Below, piece after piece: positions 28,173 to 37,590 of a stretch of DNA of 64,000 nt. The stretch covers positions 448,001 through 512,000 of the forward strand of contig OZ253555.1 in assembly GCA_965262725.1 (NCBI GenBank), written 5' to 3'. Both the position numbers and the translations under genes were made by a program. The stretch comes from Dehalococcoidia bacterium (GTDB lineage: Bacteria > Chloroflexota > Dehalococcoidia > UBA2979). Within the stretch, counting starts at the first letter, position 1. Every line of letters starts with the position of its first letter. Under the pieces are notes generated by a model that was given only the letters and a program-made list of their open reading frames with translations, had not been told where the DNA came from and did not search any database.

Positions 28173-29494
28173 CACCTCCCGTACCCCTCCCACGCAACCT
28201 CGACCGAGCCGATGCGTACCCGGTCGCCCCCCTCCACACCGATCCGCTCGAGCGCGCGAGAGATCCCCATCACCTGCAGGCGGCGGAAGAGCTCACCCCG
28301 CGCCTCCACGTCGCCGATGTCGAGCGTCGCCGCGAGCCACTCCGCCGTGTGCCCCTTCACCTCGGCGACGCCGTCTGCACCACGTGACACCTCGAAGCGC
28401 CGGCGCTTGGGCGACGGCCGCAGCACCGGCAGGCTCTCGGCCGCCACCGCCGCCGCCGCCTCGCGGGCCTCGCCCAGCAGCTGGGCGGCGCGCAGAGCCA
28501 GCTGGCGCGTCCCCTCGCGCGCGAGAGCGGAGATGGCGAGCCACGGGATGCCGCGCGCGTCGAGCGCCGCCCCGAGCGCGGCGCGATTCTCGAGCGCGGC
28601 CGGCTGGTCGATCTTATTGAGGGCGACGAGCTGCGGTCGCTCCGAGAGCGGCGTCCCGAGCGGGCGCTCCGGACGAAAGGCGGCCAGCTCGCCGTTCACG
28701 AGGTCGAGGTCGTCAAGCGAGCGGGCGCTCGTTGCGTCAACCACGTGCACCAGCACCCTGGTGCGCTCGATGTGGCGGAGGAACTCGTGCCCGAGCCCGT
28801 GTCCCCTGCTCGCGCCCTCTATGAGCCCGGGGATATCCGCCGCCACGAAGGAGTCGCCTGCCGCCTCGACGACGCCGAGTTCTGGCTCAAGCGTCGTGAA
28901 CGGGTAGGCCGCGACCTTCGGCGTTGCCGCGCTCCACACGCTCAGTAACGTCGACTTGCCCGCGTTCGGCAGCCCGACGATGCCGACATCAGCCAGAAGC
29001 CGCAGCTCAAGGCGGAGACGCCTCTGCTCTCCGGCAGACCCTCGCTGGGCGAAGCGGGGCGCCTGCCGCGTCGACGTCGCGAAGCGACGGTTCCCCCACC
29101 CCCCGCGGCCGCCCTGCGCGACCACGGCCCTCGCCCCCGGCTCGGCGAGGTCGACGAGCGGCTCCGCGCCGGGCTCCCCGGCGTCGTCGAGCTCCCAGAC
29201 GATGCATCCGGCCGGCACGCGCAGCTCCAGGTCGGGGGCCGAGCGTCCGCGACGGCGAGCCTTGCTCCCCGCCCGTCCCTCCGCTGCGCGTCGTGGACGT
29301 CTGTCGTGCAGCCCGCGAAGGGTCGAGAGCCGCTCGTCGGCATGAAGCAGCACGTCCCCACCCCGGCCGCCGTCACCCCCATCGGGACCACCTCGCGGCA
29401 CGAACTTCTCGCGCCGGAAGGAAACGGCGCCGTCGCCTCCTCGCCCCGCAACGACATCGAACTCCACACAATCGATCACGGTCGTCTCATCCAC
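28172..29494 (-). CDS. obgE: GTPase ObgE/CgtA
   Basis: FRREKFVPRGGPDGGDGGRGG, GLPNAGKSTL, YPFTTL, DIPGLIEGAS, NKID, C-terminal OCT domain. Confidence 0.95.
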   Translation of the reverse strand: MDETTVIDCVEFDVVAGRGGDGAVSFRREKFVPRGGPDGGDGGRGGDVLLHADERLSTLRGLHDRRPRRAAEGRAGSKARRRGRSAPDLELRVPAGCIVWELDDAGEPGAEPLVDLAEPGARAVVAQGGRGGWGNRRFATSTRQAPRFAQRGSAGEQRRLRLELRLLADVGIVGLPNAGKSTLLSVWSAATPKVAAYPFTTLEPELGVVEAAGDSFVAADIPGLIEGASRGHGLGHEFLRHIERTRVLVHVVDATSARSLDDLDLVNGELAAFRPERPLGTPLSERPQLVALNKIDQPAALENRAALGAALDARGIPWLAISALAREGTRQLALRAAQLLGEAREAAAAVAAESLPVLRPSPKRRRFEVSRGADGVAEVKGHTAEWLAATLDIGDVEARGELFRRLQVMGISRALERIGVEGGDRVRIGSVEVAWEGYGR

Positions 29495-29781
29495 AGCACC
29501 TCAGGAGTCAGCTTTCATGGTAGAGGGATCGTAGTCGTCGTAGTGGCGTGGATACGTGGATAACGCGGGTGGGCGCGGCTACGGATGCAGGTTGCGGCAT
29601 ACGCCGCGCCGTCTGTGGGAAGGGGGTTCATGGGCTCGGGAGCGTCGGCCGGTTTTTGGTGTCTCCGGTGAGGCCGCACGCGGTTTCTGCGGGTGTCCGG
29701 TGACATGCGCGAGGTTTGTCCACACTATGAACCGGCTTATCCACAGATGCGGGCACAGCGGCAGCGGGGTGCGAACGGGGG
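29487..29781. other. Replication origin oriC (downstream of dnaA) with DnaA boxes and DnaA-trio-like element
   Basis: TTATCCACA 29737-29745, TTGTCCACA 29716-29724, tandem CGTGGATAC/CGTGGATAA 29547-29563 preceded by TCG-TAG-TCG-TCG-TAG-TGG, TCATCCACA 29487-29495. Confidence 0.82.
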
Positions 29782-31158
29782 TCAGGCCGAGCGGCGGGAC
29801 TGCTCGATCAGCTCGCGGATCGAGCTCACGTCGCGCTTCGTCTCGGGGTCGATGTGGAGTGCGCGATCCATCTTCTGCCAGCCGTGGTGGATCGTGGAGT
29901 GGTCGCGGCCGCCGAGGGTGTTCCCGATCTCGACGAGCGAGCGGTGCGCGAGCTCGCGGATCAGGTACATGGCGATCTGCCGCGGGTAGGCGATCCGCTT
30001 CTCGCGGCTGCGGGAGAGGAGCTGGCGCTCGTTGAGCTCGAAGTAGCGGCAGACCGCCCGGATGATCACCGACGGCGAGGGGGGCAGGCGTGTGGCCGAG
30101 GACTCCAGGGCGGCGAGAGCCGACTGCATGAGCGATGGGGAGAGCGGCTCGCCCGTGAGCCGCGAGTAGGCGATCACCCGCGTCAGCGATCCCTCGAGCT
30201 CCCGGATGTTGGTCGTGAAGCGAGCGGCGATGAGCTCGAGCACGTCGTCGGGCACGGACATATCGTGATCCGCGGTCTTGGAGCGCAGGATCGCGATCCG
30301 TGTCTCCACGTCGGGCGGCTGCAGGTCGGCGGTCATCCCCCACTGGAAACGCGTGCGCAGCCGCTCCTCGAGCTGCGGGATCGAGGACGGGCCCTGGTCG
30401 CAGCTGATCACGATCTGGCGCCCCGCCTCGTAGAGCTCGTTGAAGGTGTGGAAGAACTCCTCCTGCGTCTGCTCCTTGCCCGCGATGAACTGGATATCGT
30501 CGACGAGGAGGGCGGTCGCGGAGCGGTAGCGGTGCCGGAAGGAGCCCTGCGTCCGCTCTTGGATCGAGGTGATGAGCTGGTTGGTGAACTGTTCGGCGGA
30601 GATGTACGTCGCCCGGTACCCCCGCTCGGCGAGCTGGTGTCCGATGGCGTGTAGCAGGTGTGTCTTGCCGAGTCCCGCGGCCCCGTAGAGGAAGAGCGGG
30701 TTGTAGAGGTGCCCGGGGTCCCTCGCGACGCTCTCCGCGGCGGCGACGGCGAGGCGGGTTCCGGGCCCCGAGATGAACCTCTCGAAGGAGTAGCGCTTGC
30801 GCAGGCGCGGCGACGGCGGCAGCGGCTCCGCGCTCGCCTCGACCGACGGAGTTCCCCCCGCTCCGAAGTCGGGCGCCCTCAGCGCCTCCGCCGGCGGCTG
30901 CTCCGCGCTCGGAAGCGGCTCGAAGCCGATGTCCAGCGGCTCCTCGGCGAGATCGGCGATCGTCCGGAGGATGAGGGGGCGCAGGCGCTTCTTCAGCCAC
31001 TCCGTGACGAACTCGGAACGGGTACCGACGATCAGCCGCGAGTCCTCGAAACGCAGGCCCTCAGTGCCCGCGAGCCAGGTCTCGTAGTTCGCCCGCGAGA
31101 GGTGCTGCGAGAGAACCGTGAGCGTCTCGCGCCAGAGGGCGCCGGCGTCGGTGTACAC
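29782..31158 (-). CDS. dnaA: Chromosomal replication initiator DnaA
   Basis: YNPLFLYGAAGLGKTHLLHAIG, LLVDDIQF, QEEFFHTFN, NIRELEG, RQIAMYL, GGRDHSTI. Confidence 0.97.
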   Translation of the reverse strand: MYTDAGALWRETLTVLSQHLSRANYETWLAGTEGLRFEDSRLIVGTRSEFVTEWLKKRLRPLILRTIADLAEEPLDIGFEPLPSAEQPPAEALRAPDFGAGGTPSVEASAEPLPPSPRLRKRYSFERFISGPGTRLAVAAAESVARDPGHLYNPLFLYGAAGLGKTHLLHAIGHQLAERGYRATYISAEQFTNQLITSIQERTQGSFRHRYRSATALLVDDIQFIAGKEQTQEEFFHTFNELYEAGRQIVISCDQGPSSIPQLEERLRTRFQWGMTADLQPPDVETRIAILRSKTADHDMSVPDDVLELIAARFTTNIRELEGSLTRVIAYSRLTGEPLSPSLMQSALAALESSATRLPPSPSVIIRAVCRYFELNERQLLSRSREKRIAYPRQIAMYLIRELAHRSLVEIGNTLGGRDHSTIHHGWQKMDRALHIDPETKRDVSSIRELIEQSRRSA

Positions 31159-31221
31159 GCGCTCTCCCCGTCGTTGGCGGTCGAGAGCACATGACACCCC
31201 AAACCTCGCTCATGCGAGGCG

Positions 31222-31252
31222 AAATCCACAACCTGTGAACAGGTGTGGGTAA
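31222..31252. promoter_or_regulatory. Cluster of degenerate DnaA boxes upstream of dnaA
   Basis: AAATCCACA, TGTGAACAG and TGTGGGTAA within 31 bp. Confidence 0.6.
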
Positions 31253-31536
31253 CATGTGAGATGCTTGCTGCCGAGGATCGCGGCCCCGCCGAGTCCCGGA
31301 TCCTCCGCTCCCGAATGCTGGGCTGCAGGCCCCCGCCCGCCCAGCGTCGCCCGCCGACTGTAGCACCGTCGTTTTTGGGGGATCAAGACTGTTATGTAGA
31401 TCACGGCAACTTTTTTCTGCGGGTTTCCGAAGAAGCGCCGCCCGGACAGCCCGCCCGTATACTGGAGAGCGCGCCCGGCATCCCGCCCGGGTCGAGACCG
31501 GAGTGCACCCGCAGCGGGCGCTCACGGAGAGTCGGC

Positions 31537-32382
31537 GTGGCTCCAGACGCAGCACCCGACGGAACGCCTGCTTCAGGCGCGCGCCTGCTCGCGATAGACA
31601 TCGGCAACACCAGCATCGCGATCGGCGTCTACGCGGGAGACCGCCTCGAGGCGACCTTCCGCGTGGCCTCCGACCGGGAGAACCTCCCCGACGAGTACGG
31701 GATGCTCCTCTCCGGGCTGCTCCGGAGCCGCGGGATCGAGCCGGAGAGCGTGGATTCCGCCATCCTCTCCTCGACGGTCCCGCCGCTCACCAGCGTCTTC
31801 CGCGAGGTGTCGCGCCGCTGCTTCAGCGTCGAGGCGCTGGTGGTGGGTCCCGGCGTGCGCACGGGCGTGAAGGTCCGCTACGACAACCCGCGCGAGGTGG
31901 GGCCCGACCGCATCCTGCACGCCGTCGCGGCGCTTGCTCACTACGAGCCGCCGATCGTGGTCGTCGATCTCGGCACCGCGCTCGTCTTCGATGCGATCTC
32001 GCGGGAGGGGGATTACCTCGGCGGGGCGATCGCCCCGGGGATCGGCCTCGCGTCGGAGGCGCTCTTCGCGCGCGCCGCGATGCTCTCGCGCGTCTCCGTG
32101 GAGCGCCCTCCCTCGGTGATCGGCCGCAACACCGTGCACTCGGTGCAGGCCGGGCTCTACTTCGGGTACGCGGAGATGGTGCGCGGCATGGTGCGGCGCG
32201 TGCGCGAGGAGCTGGGGGAGGGGACGATCGTGATCGCCACGGGGGGCTACGCCTCGATCGTGGAGGAGGAGGCCGGCTGCTTCGACGCGATCGAGGAGAA
32301 CCTCAACCTGGAGGGGCTGCGCCTGGTCTACGAGGCGAACCGTCCGGAGGTCGGTGCCGCGGAGCGGGGACAGGCGCCGTGA
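31537..32382 (+). CDS. coaX: Type III pantothenate kinase
   Basis: LAIDIGNT, YDNPREVGPDR, VDLGTA, GGAIAPG, IATGG. Confidence 0.93.
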   Translation: MAPDAAPDGTPASGARLLAIDIGNTSIAIGVYAGDRLEATFRVASDRENLPDEYGMLLSGLLRSRGIEPESVDSAILSSTVPPLTSVFREVSRRCFSVEALVVGPGVRTGVKVRYDNPREVGPDRILHAVAALAHYEPPIVVVDLGTALVFDAISREGDYLGGAIAPGIGLASEALFARAAMLSRVSVERPPSVIGRNTVHSVQAGLYFGYAEMVRGMVRRVREELGEGTIVIATGGYASIVEEEAGCFDAIEENLNLEGLRLVYEANRPEVGAAERGQAP

Positions 32383-33611
32383 GCCCCGAGGGGGGAGGGC
32401 CGCTCGCGGGGCGCAGCATCGTGCTCGGCGTCACCGGATCGATTGCGAGCTACAAGGCCGCCGACGTCGCGAGCCGCCTGGTGCAGGAGGGCGCCTCCGT
32501 CGACGTCGCGATGACGCCGTCGGCGACTCAGTTCATCGCGCCGCTGACCTTCCGCTCGCTGACCGGCCGGGAGCCCTACGTCGACATGTTCGCCCCGGAC
32601 GGCGAGCCCGGCGAGGCGCACGTGGAGCTGGCGCGGCGCGCCGATCTCATGCTCATCGCCCCGGCCACGGCCACCACGCTCGCGCGCCTCGCCCACGGGC
32701 TCGCGGACGATTTCGTTTCGCTCACCGCGCTCGCGACGCGCGCGCCGCTGCTGGTGGCGCCGGCGATGGATGCGCAGATGTGGGAGCACCCGGCGACGAG
32801 CGCCAACGCCGAGACGCTGCGCGCCCGAGGCGTGGAGTTGGTGGGACCCCTCACCGGTCGGCTCGCCTCGGGCCGCTCCGGGACCGGGCGGCTCGTCGAG
32901 CCCGGGGCGCTCGTCGGCGCGGTGCGCGCGCGGCTCGGCCGCGGGGAGGGCGATCTCGCCGGGCGCCTGGTCGTGGTGACGGCGGGCGGGACCCGCGAGG
33001 CGCTCGACCCCGTCCGCTTTCTCGGCAACCGCTCCAGCGGGATGATGGGCCACGCGCTGGCGGAGGCGGCGCGCGACCGCGGCGCCGACGTCGTCCTGGT
33101 CTCGACCGTCGGCTCGCAGCTCGCGCCGCCCTACGGCGTCCGGTGCGTCGCGGTGGAGAGCGCGGCGGAGATGCTCGACGCGGTGCGCCAGCACGCCGCC
33201 GGCGCCGACGCGCTGCTGATGGCGGCGGCCGTCTCCGACTTCCGCCCGCGCGATCCCGCCGACAGGAAGATGAAGCGCAGCGAGCGCGGGGCCGGGCCGC
33301 CGTTGGTGGAGCTCGCCGAGAACACCGACATCATCGCCGCCACCGAGGGAGTGCGCGTCAAGGTCTCCTTCGCCGCGGAGACGCTGGCCCTGGGCAGCGA
33401 GGAGCTGCGCTCGGAGGCGCTGCGCAAGCTCCGCTCCAAGGGGGCGCGGCTGGTGGTGGCGAACGACGTCACGGCCCCGGGTTCGGGCTTCGGATCCCCG
33501 ACCAACCGGGTCTCGATCCTCGACGAGGGGGGCGACGTCGAGGAGCTGCCGCTGCTGTCGAAGTACGACTGCGCCGTGCGCATCCTCGACCGCGTGGCCG
33601 CGCTGCTCTAG
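32379..33611 (+). CDS. coaBC: Phosphopantothenoylcysteine decarboxylase/ligase
   Basis: GVTGSIASYKA, APATA, APAM, TAGGTREALDPVRFLGNRSSG, AAAVSDF, FAAET, ANDV. Confidence 0.95.
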   Translation: MSPEGGGPLAGRSIVLGVTGSIASYKAADVASRLVQEGASVDVAMTPSATQFIAPLTFRSLTGREPYVDMFAPDGEPGEAHVELARRADLMLIAPATATTLARLAHGLADDFVSLTALATRAPLLVAPAMDAQMWEHPATSANAETLRARGVELVGPLTGRLASGRSGTGRLVEPGALVGAVRARLGRGEGDLAGRLVVVTAGGTREALDPVRFLGNRSSGMMGHALAEAARDRGADVVLVSTVGSQLAPPYGVRCVAVESAAEMLDAVRQHAAGADALLMAAAVSDFRPRDPADRKMKRSERGAGPPLVELAENTDIIAATEGVRVKVSFAAETLALGSEELRSEALRKLRSKGARLVVANDVTAPGSGFGSPTNRVSILDEGGDVEELPLLSKYDCAVRILDRVAALL

Positions 33612-33642
33612 AGGAGACGCGGGGCGCCCGGAGCGGGCGTCT

Positions 33643-35151
33643 CTAGTCCCGGCTCCGCCCGAGCGCGAGGTGCACCAGCGTCCGGGCCGGGATCCCGCTC
33701 GACCCCTTCACCCATTCGCCGCGGTCGCGGTCGACGGACATGACGCCCGCTATATCCATGTGCGCCCACGGCGTGTCGCCGGCGAAGCGCTGCAGGAACT
33801 TCGCCGCGGTGATGGCTCCGGCCGGGCGCCCGCCGACGTTCTTGAGGTCGGCGACGTCGGAGCGAAGCGCCTGTGCGTACTCGTCGTCCAGGGGGAAGCG
33901 CCAGATCCGTTCGCCTGCGGCGTCGCTCGCGCGCTCGAGTTCCTGGTAGAGGCGGTTGGTGGAGGCGAAGACGCCCGAGCGCACCGCGCCGAGCGCTATC
34001 GACATCGCGCCCGTCAGCGTCGCCACGTCGACGATGGCCGAGGCGTCCTCGCGCCGGGCATAGGCGAGGCCGTCGGCCAGCACCAGCCGCCCCTCCGCGT
34101 CCGTGTTGATCACCTCGATGGACTGCCCGTCCATCGCGTAGACGACGTCGCCGGGCTTCGTCGCCGAGCCCCCCGGCATGTTCTCCGTGCAGGGGGCTAT
34201 CGCGAGCACGTTCACCCGCGGCCGCAGTCGCCCGATCGCCCGCATCGCGGCGATCACCGTGGCCGCGCCCGACATGTCGGCCTTCATCGCCTCCATCCCG
34301 GCGCCCGGCTTCAGCGAGATGCCCCCCGTGTCGAAGGTGATGCCCTTGCCGATGAGCGCGAGCGGGCGGGCCCGCCCGGCGCCGCGGTAGCGCAGCACGA
34401 TGAACTTCGGCGGCTGCACCGATCCCGCCGCCACCGAGAGGTAGCTGCCCATGCCGAGCCGCTCGGCTTCGCCGCGCTCGATCACGGTGCACTCCAGCCC
34501 GACAGCGGTGGCGAGCTCCATCGCGTGCGCCGCGATGTCGGAGGGGGTCATCCGGTTGGCGGGCTCGTTCTCGAGGTCGCGCGCCTCGTTGGTCGCCTCG
34601 GCGAGGATGCGCCCGCGGACGAGCCCGCTCTCCACCGCCGCCGCCTGCCGCGCCGAGCCGCTCACCAGGCTCACCGAGCGCACGGTGCCCGTCGGGGCGT
34701 CCTCCTCGCGCGTGCGGTGCCGGTCGAAGCGATAGCTCCCGAGCACGAGCCCCTCGGCGATCGCCTCGGCCGCCCGCTCGAGGTCGCCGCCAGCGGGGGC
34801 GAGCGGCGCGGACACCGCGAGCGCGACCCGGCCCGCGTCGAGAGCGCGCAGCCTCCGCACGAGCGTCCCGGCGAGCCCGCGGAGGCCGTCGACGCCCCGC
34901 TTCCCCTCCGGGCCCGTCCCGAGCACGACGATGCGCTTCCCCGGCATCTCGCCGAGCGCCGGGAGCACCGTGATCTCGCCCTTCGTGCCCTTGAGCAGGC
35001 CGTCGCGGCGCATCTTCGCGATGACGCCGCCTGAGCGCGCGTTGACCTGCGCCACCGCGCCGGAGAGCCGGCGAGGTCCCTCCGCGATCGGCACGACGTA
35101 GCTCTCCGCCCGCTGGTCGAGGATGCCGCCGCTCGCCGCTGTCAGCTCCAC
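33643..35151 (-). CDS. pepA: Leucyl aminopeptidase (M17)
   Basis: GKGITFDTGGISLK, MKADMSG, NTDAEGRLVLAD, ATLTGA, WAHMDIAG. Confidence 0.95.
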   Translation of the reverse strand: MELTAASGGILDQRAESYVVPIAEGPRRLSGAVAQVNARSGGVIAKMRRDGLLKGTKGEITVLPALGEMPGKRIVVLGTGPEGKRGVDGLRGLAGTLVRRLRALDAGRVALAVSAPLAPAGGDLERAAEAIAEGLVLGSYRFDRHRTREEDAPTGTVRSVSLVSGSARQAAAVESGLVRGRILAEATNEARDLENEPANRMTPSDIAAHAMELATAVGLECTVIERGEAERLGMGSYLSVAAGSVQPPKFIVLRYRGAGRARPLALIGKGITFDTGGISLKPGAGMEAMKADMSGAATVIAAMRAIGRLRPRVNVLAIAPCTENMPGGSATKPGDVVYAMDGQSIEVINTDAEGRLVLADGLAYARREDASAIVDVATLTGAMSIALGAVRSGVFASTNRLYQELERASDAAGERIWRFPLDDEYAQALRSDVADLKNVGGRPAGAITAAKFLQRFAGDTPWAHMDIAGVMSVDRDRGEWVKGSSGIPARTLVHLALGRSRD

Positions 35152-35263
35152 CGTCTCCTCCGTTCGGGCGCCGCTTCTTCGCCCCGCCGCCTGCCGGGAC
35201 GGCCGAGCATAGGGGCTCCGCCGCGCCCGGGTCGACGCGGGACGCTGCTATCATGCGCGCCCC

Positions 35264-36106
35264 ATGCGCCACCACCTCGTCCGCTACCTCTACCGCGTGA
35301 CCTCCTCGTCCCGCACGGGCTTCGCCTGGGCGGACCTCTCGGAGATCGCGCTCGCGGCGACCGCCTTCCTCTTCTACTTCCTGGTGCGCGGCGCCGTGGT
35401 CGACCGGGCGGCTGACGCCGTCGCGCACGCGCGGATGATCGTGGACTGGCAGGCCGCGCTCGGTCTCTTCGTCGAGCCGAGCCTGCAGGAGTGGACGCTG
35501 GGCAGTGAGGCCGCCGTCCTCCTCTTCAACTTCGTCTACTTCTGGCTCGACTTCCCGCTCATCATCGGCGTGGGGCTCGTGCTCTTCGTGACCAGCCGCA
35601 GGCACTACACGCTGCTGCGCGACGCGTGCCTGATCTCGGGCGGCTTTGCACTCGTCGTGTACTGGAGCTTCCCGGTGGCGCCACCGCGGCTTCTCCCCGA
35701 GGGGGGGTTCGTGGATACGCTCCAGCTCTATTCGAGCCTCTCCTACCAGGCGCAGTCGACGCAGCCGTTCGTCAACCCCTACGCGGCGGTGCCCTCCCTC
35801 CACGTGGGGTGGGCGGCGCTGCTCGCCGTCACCGTGTGGCTGGCGACCAGGAACCCCTGGGCGCGCGCGGGCGCCGTGCTCGTCGCCGTCCTGCAGGCGA
35901 TCTCGGTGGTGGTGACGGGGAACCACTTCCTCTTCGACGGGCTCGCCGGCCTCCTCGTCTGCGCGCCGGCCTTCGCGATCGCGCTCTGGATGCAGCACCG
36001 GGGCTATCCGGCGGCGCGCGCCCTGCTCGACCGCGCCAGCAGGCGATCCGAGCGGAGCCGCGATCTGGCGGCGGGCGGAGGGCACACGGAGCAGGCCGGC
36101 CGCTAG
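35264..36106 (+). CDS. PAP2-superfamily membrane protein (inositolphosphotransferase-like)
   Basis: FPVAPPRL, NPYAAVPSLHVGWA, VVVTGNHFLFD. Confidence 0.9.
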   Translation: MRHHLVRYLYRVTSSSRTGFAWADLSEIALAATAFLFYFLVRGAVVDRAADAVAHARMIVDWQAALGLFVEPSLQEWTLGSEAAVLLFNFVYFWLDFPLIIGVGLVLFVTSRRHYTLLRDACLISGGFALVVYWSFPVAPPRLLPEGGFVDTLQLYSSLSYQAQSTQPFVNPYAAVPSLHVGWAALLAVTVWLATRNPWARAGAVLVAVLQAISVVVTGNHFLFDGLAGLLVCAPAFAIALWMQHRGYPAARALLDRASRRSERSRDLAAGGGHTEQAGR

Positions 36107-36186
36107 CCGCGGGGGCACGGTGACCCGCAGCGTCACGTGGCACCCGGCTCGGGCGCCGCTCGTGCCGCCGAGGGGCGGGAGGGACT

Positions 36187-36813
36187 ATGCGCCAGGGGCT
36201 GCGCGTTCTCGCGGCTGCGGGAGCGCTGCTCGTGGGTTGCGTCGGCGGCGCCAGTGATGCGCCGACGCAACCCTGCCCCGAGTCGATCGGTGCCGACTGT
36301 GACCAGGCCACACCTGCCGATCGGCCGGGCAGCCCCACGCCTTATCGCCTCGGCATTTTGCCGGAGAGTCCCATCTTCGACGTGCCGGCCGGTGTACCGG
36401 TGGTGCTGTTTTCGATGGCGCCGTCGCGAAGGGCGATAAGGGGGGATGACCCGGAGAGGCAGGGCGTTGATCACGAAGCGCTCGTGCCGTCACCCCTCAG
36501 GCGACACCGCATCGATCCTCCCCCCTGGAGCACCGCGATCACTCACAGGACGACGGGTTCGTCGCTCCTCGTCGACAATCGTACGGGCGAGGAGATCGCC
36601 CGCGTTATCATCGCAGCGGGCCCTTCTCCGCACGAGTTGATCCTTCAGTACGCGACGGGTCGCTTCGTCATCGACAGGTACACGGGCGAGACCATCGCTC
36701 GCTTCCCGCTGGATCGGGTCAGCATCCTGCCCACCGTGGACGTGCTGTTCGCTCGCACGCCCATGGACGCGATCTTCGACGAGATCCTCGCGTCGATCCG
36801 CCCCCCGGAGTAG
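36187..36813 (+). CDS. Hypothetical lipoprotein
   Basis: GGAGGG RBS, lipobox LLVGC, C-terminal DAIFDEILASIR. Confidence 0.65.
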   Translation: MRQGLRVLAAAGALLVGCVGGASDAPTQPCPESIGADCDQATPADRPGSPTPYRLGILPESPIFDVPAGVPVVLFSMAPSRRAIRGDDPERQGVDHEALVPSPLRRHRIDPPPWSTAITHRTTGSSLLVDNRTGEEIARVIIAAGPSPHELILQYATGRFVIDRYTGETIARFPLDRVSILPTVDVLFARTPMDAIFDEILASIRPPE

Positions 36814-36966
36814 CCGGGAACCGCCGCGTCCCGCCGCACGCCGCCTGCGAACGCGTGCATTCCCCGGGGAGCCGTGCTACCGTTTTTGCGTCCGCCCGTC
36901 TGGGGCGCAACTCCCGCACACACGAAGCGGGCTTGTGATGGCCGCCACCACGGCGGCGGAGGGCCG

Positions 36967-37233
36967 ATGCCGACAGCCGAGAGCAGGCAGGAGATCGTCC
37001 ACGGTTTCGCCCGCCACGAGGAAGACACCGGGTCGCCCGAGGTCCAGATCGCGCTCCTGACCGACCGCATCAAGCATCTGACGGAGCACCTCCGCGAGCA
37101 CAAGCATGACTTCGCGACGCGGCGCGGGCTGCTCAAGCTCGTGGGGCGCCGCCGCCGCCAGCTCCGCTACCTGAGCAACGTCGACGTGGACCGCTATCAC
37201 ACGGTGCTCGGTCGGCTGGGTCTGCGCCGCTAG
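36967..37233 (+). CDS. rpsO: 30S ribosomal protein S15
   Basis: [38 protein letters not shown]. Confidence 0.97.
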   Translation: MPTAESRQEIVHGFARHEEDTGSPEVQIALLTDRIKHLTEHLREHKHDFATRRGLLKLVGRRRRQLRYLSNVDVDRYHTVLGRLGLRR

Positions 37234-37590
37234 GCGCCGCCCGACGCAGCGCGGGGCGGCAGCCCCGCCCGCACGGCCGGGGAGGGGCCCCGGCGCAACC
37301 GCTCCGCCTGAGGTCCGGGATACAGGACCGGCCGAGCACGAGGGTCGAGGGAAGAACCAGCACATCACACCAGCACGTAAGGGGGCGCGGGAGACCGGTG
37401 CGCCCGAGATGGTCGGCCGACCGGGCCGGCTCGAACCGAAGCATCGTCCCCCGCGTTCCGCGCCGAGCCCACTCTTGCGCGCCTCGCAGCCTCGTCCGCC
37501 GACGCTCCACCCGGCGCGCCGGATGGCACGGCCGTAATCACGCATGAGAACGAGAAACAGATCAGGGAAGAAAGAGGAAGGCAGCACATA

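Noticed and set aside
36875-36966. S15 autoregulatory leader
   Set aside because: Hairpins are present but could not be matched to a known motif by eye.
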